A stretch of 61,584 nucleotides of DNA, counting the filler, from Sphacelaria rigidula (lineage: Eukaryota), in assembly GCA_964200075.2 (NCBI GenBank). It is 6 parts of 6 records of this genome, joined end to end, with 100 filler letters (N's around TTAATTAATTAA, not from the genome) between each part and the next. Parts side by side here need not be neighbours in the genome. Positions count along the whole stretch, not along the records: positions 41,125 to 51,304 come from CAXNAA020006981.1; positions 51,405 to 61,584 come from CAXNAA020006982.1; 4 more parts are not named here. One strand, 5' to 3'. The notes under the pieces were generated by a model that ran no database searches, was not told where the DNA came from, and saw only the letters and a program-made list of their open reading frames with translations. A program made the translations under genes and the position numbers. Shown here piece by piece: positions 50,599 through 61,584 of this stretch. The first letter of the stretch is position 1; the number at the start of each line of letters is the position of its first letter.

Positions 50599-50899
50599 TC
50601 AATATCTATCGGCTTCACGTACACTCCCAGAGTACATGAAGGAGCATTCACGGCTCCCCGTTTTCTCTCTGGAAGCCCTTCGGCATGCGGCAAAATCGCC
50701 TACGGCCTTGACGAGTTTCGGTGGCAGCTCATACTCTGTGCTGTACATGTCGATAACGGCCTGGGGTTTGATGACCACGACACAACCACCACTATCGACG
50801 TCGATGACATGCGTCTTCCTACTTGATCCCCTGGTGGCGCAGATGAACCGTCCCCGCTCGAGCCACCACTCGAGTCGGGGGGTGATCCATTCTGACGGT
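50599..50899 (-). CDS. Candidate terminal exon, unknown protein
   Basis: After an actgtag acceptor, an open frame PSEWITPRLEWWLERGRFICATRGSSRKTHVIDVDSGGCVVVIKPQAVIDMYSTEYELPPKLVKAVGDFAAC...DRY* with GC-rich third positions. Confidence 0.4.
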
Positions 50900-51304
50900 C
50901 TACAGTGCTGCTCATGTTACGTGTTTCCACTCAGCGGTACCTCGTATCCCACCAGATCCCAAACTTGAGAACTTTTCAACATTGGATTATTGTTTATGTG
51001 CAGTTTTGAATGAAGGAATTCGGCGGGTTGATCGATGGGAGGTACATGTGTAGGTCATGGAGTTGTGTTTGGATTGAACCTATTACCGTGCCTTCCCAAG
51101 GTATATACCTGTGCTCATACCTGCAATCGGGTATATCTATAACGGTATACCCTAACCCCGGGTAGAGGTATGGGAGGCTTCCAGAGCTCACAGAACACAC
51201 GTGGACAGATAGCACCCTGTGGAGGAGGTCTACAGGGTTTACGTACCCTGCGCGGTGTTTCTTGCGAGAATTTTACTATACAGTGTTTTCCAGCGTAGCA
51301 CAGG

Positions 51305-51404
51305 NNNNNNNNNNNNNNNNNNNNNNNNNNNNNNNNNNNNNNNNNNNNTTAATTAATTAANNNNNNNNNNNNNNNNNNNNNNNNNNNNNNNNNNNNNNNN
51401 NNNN
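51305..51404. other. Artificial contig linker
   Basis: N44-TTAATTAATTAA-N44. Confidence 0.97.
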
Positions 51405-51875
51405 CAACAGACAGGGTATGTCTAGCCTACACACGGCATACCGCTATCAGCAAAAACAGAATCTGTTCAGAGTGTTCTATAATCAACCATGAACGGTACG
51501 TACAGGAATAATTACGATACTCGTAAACATGGTGCTTTACAAACGAGAACAAATTGGTCCAGACTTTTGAACAGATGGGCACCTTCCCCCTGAATAGACG
51601 AGTGATACGATTTGGGGATCGCAGCCCAACTCGTCTGTATCGATGAGAAACTGCTTCAAGAGCTTCAACCCGTTTCTAGACTGGACCAGCTCGTACCTGG
51701 TAAGTCGTACGAGTTAGTAGGGCTTACACTGAGACGTGCTGCCCTGTGACACGCTAACGTTCGAATATTTTGGAACATGACCCTTTGGTTCAAGCTGTCA
51801 GTCGCCCGGGGAGGAGCGACCATCGCCGACATCAGAACTCCTCACACAGCACAACACCAATTAGCTTGCATCACC

Positions 51876-52284
51876 ATGTTACGGTTGACGGCCTTCGTGA
51901 CCAGTGCAGTGTGCTGCACCTCCTTTTTGGTCCCAACGACCGTCCCAACACACCGATCGCTGCTCAAAATCCGTCACAGCGGCGACCACATCATGGGTTC
52001 AAAACATGATCCCGTCCGGCACCCCTATATGTCGTCCGACGCACCCCCCTCGTACTCATCGGATCAACCGGTCAACCGGCGTAAGCTGCTAACGGACACG
52101 ATTCCTGCCGCCTTAGCAATCGGGGCGCTAGGTGTTGCGGGTGCGGTCACTGCAGGCCCCGAGAGAGCATTTTCGGTCGCGCCGGCGCCGGCGGCGAAGC
52201 CCGCCCCCCCGGGAAGCAAGTTGGTCGTCCTGGGCGGTAACGGCTTTGTGGGAAGTCGGGTCTGCGAAATATTGGTTGCTGCTG
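51876..52284 (+). CDS. First exon of plastid-targeted NAD(P)-binding Rossmann (atypical SDR/epimerase-like) protein
   Basis: MLRLTAFVTSAVCCTS|FLVP signal, transit region, NRRKLL plus hydrophobic helix, then KLVVLGGNGFVGSRVCEILVAAG (GxxGxxG); donor G|gtgag at 52284. Later exons not identified. Confidence 0.85.
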
Positions 52285-55200
52285 GTGAGAGTCTAGTTGG
52301 ATAGGGTCAAGAGACGACTTCCCTCCCTTTCTCTTGGCTAGTTGCATCTTCGATGCCTGGGGGCTGCCTGATTTTTGTAGGATTCAAATGCCCCCAAGAT
52401 CTTTTAAAACATGACACGTGATACCGTACAACAGACAGTTGTACTGCAACAACATGGCTGTTCATGCTCGGTGTTACCCCTTTTCGATAATATGGAGGCG
52501 TTATCTGGTTATTTTGGAAAGTTAGGCTTCGAGAGAATGTGGCGCACCTCATGTGTGATGAGGCCGAAACTTGTTGGGTGTGTTCGCTGGTACCACATAA
52601 ACGTGTCACAGTCACAGGTTCAGTAGCGCAGGCAGCTGAGGGCGCGTCTTGCATGAAACGAACGGTTGATGTTTAACTCTGTCTGATGACAGCATAGCGG
52701 GCACGATGCCAATCGGGAACGCAGACAGCACCGAATCCTGGCAAACTCATCATGATTATTCGCCAGGTTATGGATGCAGACTCGACGAAACACAGCTAAG
52801 AAGCATCGTTTAGGCTGCGCTATACCTCTGAAAGTTCGGGGCTGAACGTTCTAGCTCCAGTTCGCTTGACAGGTGTAGGTTAATCCTTTCGATGCTGGCC
52901 ATGGAAAAGTGCTGATTTCGAAGTGCTGTTTTTTTGACACCATACGGTCGATAGTTGGCAGCTTCCAAGGACCACTATTTTGCCCTAGGCGTGTTTTACA
53001 GACCCGCGGCCGCTTCCAACTGGCGGTGAATCGCGGAAATAATATATCGCACCTCAATCCTTCCACGTGTGGGGAGGGTATTTCTGTGTGCTCGGCCGTA
53101 CTACTTTGTTTAATACTTTGTTTCTGTGATGTGGCTTAGCACGCTTGGCAATTGTTGGGCAGGTACGACCTCCAGACTGCAGCACAACAATACTCCGGTG
53201 GGGTGCGTGACCTATATAAATGTGTACCGCAGTGCTACACACGACTATATATATAGAAAATATACAGGTAGTACTGTACTGATTTTTGTTATTTGAAATT
53301 CAGAGGCTCGGTGCTGGTTTTTGCTGTGTGCACAAAGTTGAACATACTTGACCCGTTGCGTCCCCTCATTCGATAAAACCAATCCGATCGCACCGGGGCG
53401 ACATGTTTGCTCCGAGCATGAGGTATGACGATTGATTCGTCTGTGGCCTGCCGCCGTAAAAATGATTGTTGTTGGTATTTTCTCTTCCCATCTTTTCTGC
53501 TTCGTCAGCGCTTGAAATAATGAGGCGTCTGGACCGGGGACTGGAGGGGAGGGTTCCCAAAGGTTTAAGCTCCTGTCGCGCGCACAGTGCGATTGGCAAG
53601 AACCCTTGCCGGCGTACCTGGTAAGGGGGCAACGTCCCCCTACAGGCAGTACCACAACTTCCGTTCAAGGAGGGCTGATGGTCTGGCAGCCCCGGGGATT
53701 GGTAGTCTGGTATTCTTCTCCATATACCAGCTTAGAGTACGGTGTCTAAGGGTCTGTACGCTGATATTTCTGTGACGGAACCACTTCCACTTCGCCGAGA
53801 TCTTGCGGAGTATTTAACAATCTCTGCACGTGACTTTATATGTGCTGAAGTACAAGTCTGCGTGTGTGCCAAAGAGCCAGTTGTTTTCCACGTACAGACT
53901 TTCAATTGAAGTGCGACAATCAATCAATTAACCAATCAAAGACAGTCATACGCAGTTCTGTAGCTTCGCCGACTGTTCGGGCTGACCAGTTAATACTGTC
54001 CATTAGACTGGAACTCGAGGTAAACTGGAACTGATGACGAAAGCGCTAGTTGTCCAGTTTATTTGAAGTTTGCCATCACCGTTTATATTTTACACCAATT
54101 TTAGCATAGGGCAATTCCGCGGTATTCCAGGCCACATGTCTGAGATGTTCGAGCTCAATAAATCAGAGAACTCAGTAAGAGCCCATGAATTAACAGACGA
54201 CGCACGAAAGTGCATAAACAATATTGGTAAAGTAGGATCTGGGCAGGGGGGGGGGGCATGGTAGCGCAGGGGAAAAGAAGCAGGTGTCCCCGGGGGGTGC
54301 TTGCTACCATGAATTCAGGGGTGGTATCCGTCGTGTGGCCTATACCGTGCGAATGGCAATCGTGTACTATAAAAAAATATGTCCTTATCCGTTTCTTTAA
54401 TATACCCATTTCCTCCTCACCTCAATTGTCACCCGGGTCGTCTCTAACCTTTTGGCCTGTTACACACTTCGGGCGATGGACCTGGACACACGAACACATC
54501 GATAAAACGTGTTGATGATCAAGTACGAATCCCCACCCACCATTTCTGCCCACCCGGGGATGAAGTCGCCCTACCCTCTCTCCAGACACAAGTGGGTGTT
54601 ATCTACCGTTTTCGCTAGTTACAGAGGCATTCACACACGAATAGCGATACCCCCGAACACGCTTGGGGCATCGTTACAGCGCATGCACCACATACCATTT
54701 CGTTATGACCCCTTTTCCCTTCATCCCTTTTCCCGGTGATGAAACAAACGCATCCTCTCCCTAAACGATCTCAGCGACAAGGGAGGGGTCTTAGCCGACG
54801 TTGGAGCCATGTGTGGCCGGACAACAATGAAATTGAACTCGTGACCAGTACCAATAGAGAGCGTACAATCTACCCTCACAAGTGATAATGCATGTCGTTT
54901 TTCCTAACAGGGTTACAGACACCACGGCGGGGAATATCTTTGAAGGGCAAGCAAACAAAAAACCGCATTTTCATTGCCTCCGGCGGCGGGGCTGCCTCAC
55001 CAACCGGGGGCGGGGGCGTTGAGGCTCGCGGTTTCGCCGCTCGCCGTCGATGTTTTCTCATTTAACTGGCAGCTGGCACGACCAGTTTAAACTTCACTGA
55101 CCAGAGCCGCCAGTTCACAACCCTACCGATAGTGCAGGCAGTCATCGAAAAGGAGGCGGCCTCACTGTTCGGCGTGCGCCACCTAGTGCGAACGCGCCCT

Positions 55201-58191
55201 TGATGGAGATCCCACCGCTCATCTCCGTGCAGTTTACGTGGGAATCGTGGCGCTCAAAAGGTGGTATGACAAATAACCCCGACACAGCCCTTGCCCAAGG
55301 CGTCACTGCTGCTGTGGATGGTGCGCAATCTTTACACACAATAAGCAAGCGGTCAGTACTGTATGGTAATAGTCCGCGCACACAGAGCGGGGGTCGCATG
55401 CACGAGAACACCGGGCGAACTGCGTCCTGTACATTACGCACGGTTTCACTTGCAACCGGTTGCGATATGCGTAGCAGGGTGCTGCTCTCGCCACCTTACT
55501 TGCACGCTTGTTGAACCAGCTGTCCGTGCTAATTGTGATCACCCGCTCTTGCCACGATGACTTCAATTATGAGCCCAGTACAATTGACACTGCGGAACAT
55601 GACTGTTGCGACTGGAACGTAAAATTTCAAGTATATTCCTTTTTCGGAAAGCCTCAATATCATCGAAAAGGGAAAACACTGAGCTAATAATCCAAAGTTC
55701 ACTCATCAGCGAAGGCCTTCCGCAATACCTACCCAATAGTCGCATAGATGGTATCATACTGACCCACCAGTGACAACCGAAGAGAGGACATGGACTGATT
55801 TTTTTTCAAGACCACTGGGGTGGCTTTATGGGCGAAAGTGTACCTCGACCAATCAGCGACGTTCAAATTATTCTGAATTTGAAAATATGAATTCCCAACC
55901 CAATTTCTACCCAACGTCCACATGCTTCAAGTCGTAATAACCTCCATCAGCTCGGGAACCTCACGGGGAAAGCAGATATGAAAGCGGCCACAGCGGGGCA
56001 CCGAATTGTACCCAACAGCATGGTGTTTCAGATTTCCACTGATGATAAGGCACCAAAGACTCAGAAAGCCTTCCGCTGTATCCGCCGTAGAAAAACTCCA
56101 ACCATCCTCAAATTTTGCCATTCGGTAGGTATTTGTATTCCCACTGTAAAAATATATTGTTGGAAAATATTTGAAATTTCTCCGCCCTTTACCGGCTTCC
56201 GGCTGTCTTCACACTGGGGCCCCGAGCCGGTACAGCATGTATTAAAAAAGAAAAATGAAGCTCTGTGTCCCGCAGTAGTGCAGGGAACAGTAGAGTTGGT
56301 GTAAGACCGTTTCTTCACCGAAACGGGAAGAAACATACCAATAACAACAAACCTGGTTTTGATTTTGTGGTCAACGACGTGCAGAATACAGACTTGGATG
56401 TACATGGAATGGTGTAGGGTGGCATTTCGTTCGAGAAAATGAGAACGTGTGCAGCTTGTTCTGACTGTACTGTGCTGTACCGTCTGTACCGTAACATAAC
56501 TCAATGTGAAAAATCGCTTGGTCGAAATTGGTGTTCTGGAAAGGCCTACATCCCAACAGCAATCTCTGAATATCGTGGGAGCTTGTTAGGGCTGTTTGTC
56601 GCGATGGGTCGGAATAGCCGAGGTTGTATCATATTATCTCCGGGGCCGTTGGCTCTCCGCAACGACGTGTTGGCTCTTCATGCGAATAATGAATCCAAAA
56701 TCAAATTTAGTATAATCCTTTGCCTTCTACCCGGGTAGCCTAGCGAGACGTGCAACGTGTCGCAGAGCAGCATAGCAGGTCCGACCCTAGCCCCTGTATA
56801 GCCACACGCACACGAGGTTAATTTTGTCCAGAACCCACCCACTGTTTGAGGAGCTACAACAATGTCGCGTTGGCGCCAGCATCGTCGTTTTCTGGCTATG
56901 TCGCGCTGGCTGTAGAAAAACAAAAATGTACTGCAACTAGTGTACTCTAATTTATGTTACGACGCTTCGCTGCTTATTCGAGAGCTGGAAACAATGGGCT
57001 CGTTGCCCGTGTTCATGAGCACACAATCGCTGGCACTGTACAACGTTCACCACTTCGCCTTCGTTGCCCATGTGCGTGCTGTGCTGTTTAGATGCACGCG
57101 GCATGTGCTCAACGAAATGTTACTCGTGACAGAGTCATCATGATCGAGTGGGGTATGATGAAAGAGCGGCGCGACCAAAACATACGGGGGGCGCACTTTT
57201 GATAGCACATCGTCAAGCCACTTGAAAGAATCGTCGATGCTTGTTGCCGCGGAACCCTTCTTTTTACTCCCATAAGAAGCGGTCTAGCACCAAATATCGT
57301 TACTCGTACAATTGGAAATACGTTCCCCATTGTGACCCTCCAAGACGCCATCGCAGGTAAATTCCCGGAAATAAACCCAGCGCGACGCCTTCGCACATTC
57401 AAGCAGCACACGCTAGCAACCGTCGTTCGAAGTCAAAGTTCTGCTCATGATCTGGGTAGATGGTGCGATATTTGCTGGTCATACTTTCACACTAACCTTC
57501 GATTAATTATCATCGACAAGGATCTATCATAGCATCTCTAACGTAAACTAGGCTTCGCTAGGGGTAAGGCGGTAGAGTTACGGATCCCGAAGAAAAAGGT
57601 TGTCGTACCCTGCTGCCGAAGACTGTTCGGAGCGAGGCGTGATTCTCTCTCTTGTCATTCAGGCAAGGATGGAGCCGTGACCGATGGTAGACAAGAAAAA
57701 CGACCGAACGAGCCGGTACGGGAGTACCGGCAACGTTCAACCAGGGTTCGTCCGGTGGCTCTATTGTTCTGAGCTCTTTCTACCGGAGACCCCGTTGCTT
57801 AAGTTGCCAAAAATCGAGTTTCACTGGTTTGAACGTTTCGAGTCTGCTCATGTATGCACTGGCGGACCCCGTTCCCGAGACTGTTTCCCGGCTTACATGT
57901 ATATTCTGGTATTGATAACTTTCATACATATTTGGTCTCCACATCTGTAGCTACATGACTTAGCCACACAGCACAAGGTGAGTCTCAGCTAACTCCGTGC
58001 CAGTAGGTATATCGTCAACTGTGTGCACGGTGTTTGAGCAAAGAAGATGCGGTTGAAACGGTCTCTGAAAGCAAAATAATGAGCACGGTCGTTTCGTCGC
58101 GCAAGGGTCTTGATAATGAATCCAAGCTCTCTGACCCTTATGCTCTGCTGATGGTATATATTTTCGCTGTATGTTGCACTTGAGCAAGGTA

Positions 58192-59048
58192 CAGTAGTCA
58201 GCGTCAGAAGTATGCGGAATTCTTAATTTCTTAGTTTCTCAAAGATTCTCCAAATTCGTTTCGCTTGCCACCGCTCATCACAGTGACCGTTGTATGCCAA
58301 AAAATGGAATAATGTCTGCGATCAATATTAAGTGACTTACGGGCTTGACCGATATTCGGGGGTCCTGCGAAAGTGCAATTCCAGGTTCTAGCTTTTCGGT
58401 ATTTTCGGTGGACCGACTCGATCCCGATCATATAAGTGAAGACTCAAAAAGGATTATTTTCTTGAAATTCCACGTATTCACCGCGCTAAAGCCGGAAAAC
58501 TATGTTTCTTGGACCATTCAATGACACCCTCCTGATAAACGGGGATTTTACTCCGTATCGTCCCCAGAACACCAACTTGGGCATTGTGATTTGAACACGG
58601 TCTGCTTGTTTTGCCAAAACTGTCGACGCTGGCACTTTCGAGTGTTCACGGAAAATGTCATGCGAAATAAACTCGAAAAGAGGCCATCCGCCGAAAATGA
58701 TAGACTGAGGTCTGTGCAGTATAGGAGGGAAAAACGATCTCGATCGTTATTGTGAAGAGTTGTATACATATTCGTTTACCTTAATATGCACCGTTTCGTT
58801 GCGGAAGAGCCGGAAAACTGTTTTTATTGGACCAAAAATGGTCAATAACACCCTCCTGGTAAACGGGGTATCTAGTCCGTATCGCCCCAAAAACATCAAC
58901 TTGGGCACTGTAGTTTGAGCGCGGCCTACGTTTCCCCCCTAAATCTACCGGCGCTAGCACTTTCAAGTAGTCATGAAGAGTAGTACTCGAGAAAAAATAA
59001 AAAACTACAACAGCTGCGAATTCTGAAGACTTCTGATGCTGATTTCTG
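58192..59048. mobile_element. Tc1/mariner-type non-autonomous element with internal ~180-bp duplication
   Basis: ta|cagtagtcagcgtcagaagt ... acttctgatgctgatttctg|ta; internal direct repeat 58490-58645 / 58808-58966. Confidence 0.7.
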
Positions 59049-59113
59049 TATCACATTGGCACACTTGTTCGTAGACCAGCCTTGTTTCGTGCTTGGAAGC
59101 CAGCACAACACTG

Positions 59114-60541
59114 CACACGTCGGACAGGTCAGCTCCCTATAGCTCGAGCTGGCTCTATTTGAGCGTAGCTCCCTATAATAGTGAGCTATGAGAGCTACAT
59201 GAGCTACGCATGTTTTTTCTGGGGTGAGCTATGAGAGCTGTATGAGCTGTGCATTCTTACCGTACGTGAGCTACCAACCCGTAGCTCATCAGCTCATATT
59301 CGTCTTGGGTGAGCTATGGGAGCTGTATGAGCTACGCACGTTTGCGATAGGTGAGCTACTAACCCGTAGCTCATCAGCTCATATTCGCCCTGGGTGAGCT
59401 ATTGGAGCTGCATGAGCTACGCATGTTTGCCCTGGGTGAGCTATGAGAGCTGCATGAGCTACGCATTTTTCCCCTGGGTGTGCTACCAACCCGTAGCTCA
59501 TCAACTTATATTCGTCCTGGGTGAGCTATGGGAGCTGCATGAGCTACGCATGTTTGCCCCGGATGAGCTATGAGGGATGCATGAGCTACATATGTTTGCC
59601 CTGGATGAGCTATGAGAGCTATGAGAGCTAGGACTGCTTATCCCTTATCGCGAAGGTGGAGGTCTCTGAATCGGCATCATTCACACGCGAAAAAATAAAG
59701 TGAGTTATGCTGATTTATCAGATCGCCAGCCCTCGCAGTCAAAGAAAGGACTAACCCCTTGACGGCGAGCATAAGTCATCCGTTGAATCGGCTCCAATTT
59801 CACTTGAAAAACGTCTGCATGGCCAGATGGACTCGTAACCTCGCGGCCAAGCGATCAAAAGAAATGAATCGGTCGATTATTGTAGATACTGAATAATAAT
59901 ACTTTTTTTAACCATCCGACCAAGCGAACGAGGATATGAGTTGGCTCCTTTTCTTCCTATCGCGAAGAGTGAGGCAAAGCATCACCATCTAATGATATGC
60001 GGCGACATCCGTTCGAACAAAAATGTTACATTATGAGCGACGCGGGGTTGGCTAGCGGCGAGCTAGGCATATGATGTGAGTGAGCCACGACCATGTGTCC
60101 CTGGGGTGAGCTACTAACCCGTAGCTCATCCGCTCATGTTTTCCCCGGGTGAGCTGTGAGAGCTACATGAGCTGCACACGTTTGCCCTGGGTGAGCTATC
60201 AACCCGTAGCTCATCAGCTCATATTCGCCCTGGGTGATCTATGGGAGCTGTACGAGCTACGCACGTGTGCGATAGGTGAGCTACTAACCCTGAGCTCATC
60301 AGCTCATATTCGCCCTGGGTAAGCTATGAGAGCTGCATGAGCTACGCATGTTTCCCTGGGTGTGCTACCAACCCGTAGCTCATCAGCTCGTATTCGTCCT
60401 GGGTGAGCTATGGGAGCTGCATGAGCTACACATGTTTCCCCGGGGTGAGCTACCAACTCGTACGTAGCTCACATGTACATGTTTGACTACAAGTGAGCTA
60501 CCGCCCGCAGATGAGCTAGGTCATGAACTGTCCTACGTGTG
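59114..60541. mobile_element. Complete hAT-type element with GAGCTA palindromic arrays and a ~440-bp non-array interior (59633-60075)
   Basis: TIR cacacgtcggacag / ctgtcctacgtgtg; perfect 8-bp TSD caacactg (59106-59113, 60542-60549). Confidence 0.92.
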
Positions 60542-61584
60542 CAACACTGTACAGTTATGGGTGGGACTGGGGTACTATATTTCGGGAAAATGGATCACGA
60601 ACGCTATATGCGTAAGAACTGGACCGTAATCAGGCAAATCATATAAATCAAAAATACATGCGTCACCTAAAAACAACGACCTGGCTCATATAAAATTTAC
60701 CATAAACATGGTACATATCTTCAAGCCTGTGAGTGCTCGGTGTTGAGATGATATTGTTCCTCCGGATAACTCGCTCTCAGTGGGTGGAAACTCTTGGTGC
60801 ACCAGTGTTCAGCTGCTGTACTACTCGGGAAGCGCACGCCCCCAAGCTGCCACCCCACGTTTACCACCATTGCGAATATAACAAGACAAGAAGACGAACA
60901 GCAGCACTTGTGGCCGCCACACACCAACGCATCTGCAGTGAAAGGCGTGCCTGACATCGTGCTAAAACGAGAAAGTACGGCAACTTGGATACCATGAGCA
61001 GCAGCGTTGCGCATCCCTTGGGTTCTGTCTCGAAAACGTGTGTCACAAGACGGCCGTGTTTCATCGGTAAACTCATCGTCTACAAACCAAGGGGTGGAAG
61101 GGCCTTCGCTCATGAGAAGTGAGGTTGTCCTTTGTACACATCCCCACAGAACGGAGCAGCACATGGCGGACCGCCGCCAAAGCAAATGTCGTGACATTGG
61201 TGCCAAAAAATAGCATTTGGTCGAAGATGCAAGTTGGTGTAAATCGCAAGGTTAACATATTATTTTCAATATTACAGGCAGTCAGCTGAAACACCGTGGC
61301 TCTACATAGTCCGTGTGAAGTCTAAAATAAAAATCGCCCTTGGCGCCCTGGTTTCTCCGCTGGAACCCTCAGATCCAACAGCCGAAGTTCATGTGTCACG
61401 TCGCCCTCTGCAACTCAATACATGAAGGATACTCGCTGTTGAAAGGCTAATTTTCTCATTGTGCACAGCCGTACAGAACGAAGCAGCACCTGGCGGCACG
61501 CCACAAAGTGAAACACCGTCACACACTGCTCGCTGCAAGAAAAAAATATGCAGCCCAAAACGAAGCTGTCGACCGTCGCATAGT

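Noticed and set aside
54021..54061. Hammerhead-like string ctgatga-c-gaaa-gcgc-ta inside a taaactgga/tccagttta stem
   Set aside because: There is no stem II and the stem I register consumes the core C; better explained as a simple hairpin.

Overview
Eukaryotic, intron-rich and repeat-rich DNA, most likely from a brown alga (inferred from a bipartite stramenopile-type plastid leader, TTAGGG repeats and RTE-type LINEs). The window is not one locus. It is six contigs of 10182, 10181, 10181, 10180, 10180 and 10180 bp joined by identical 100-bp N44-TTAATTAATTAA-N44 linkers, i.e. size-sorted unplaced contigs, so nothing across a linker is truly adjacent. Spliced genes reconstructed by eye, which the ORF track shows only as scattered pieces: an 11-exon transmembrane-RGS (7TM-RGS-like) gene (24285-30492, -), the C-terminal exons of a Ctr copper transporter (4109-4754, +), a REX1/REXO5-like DEDDh exonuclease (33230-35750, +, truncated), a plastid-targeted NAD(P)-binding Rossmann protein with a twin-arginine motif (51876-52284, +), and weaker membrane-protein exons at 41-51 kb. 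The rest is mobile DNA: degenerate RTE LINEs and derivatives with a shared 3' motif; three 8-bp-TSD (hAT-type) non-autonomous families filled with palindromic tandem arrays; a TG..CA, 5-bp-TSD MITE carrying telomeric repeats; several RAC..GTY, 4-bp-TSD MITEs; a Tc1/mariner-type MITE; and a tRNA-derived SINE. I found no CRISPR array or prokaryote-style system.
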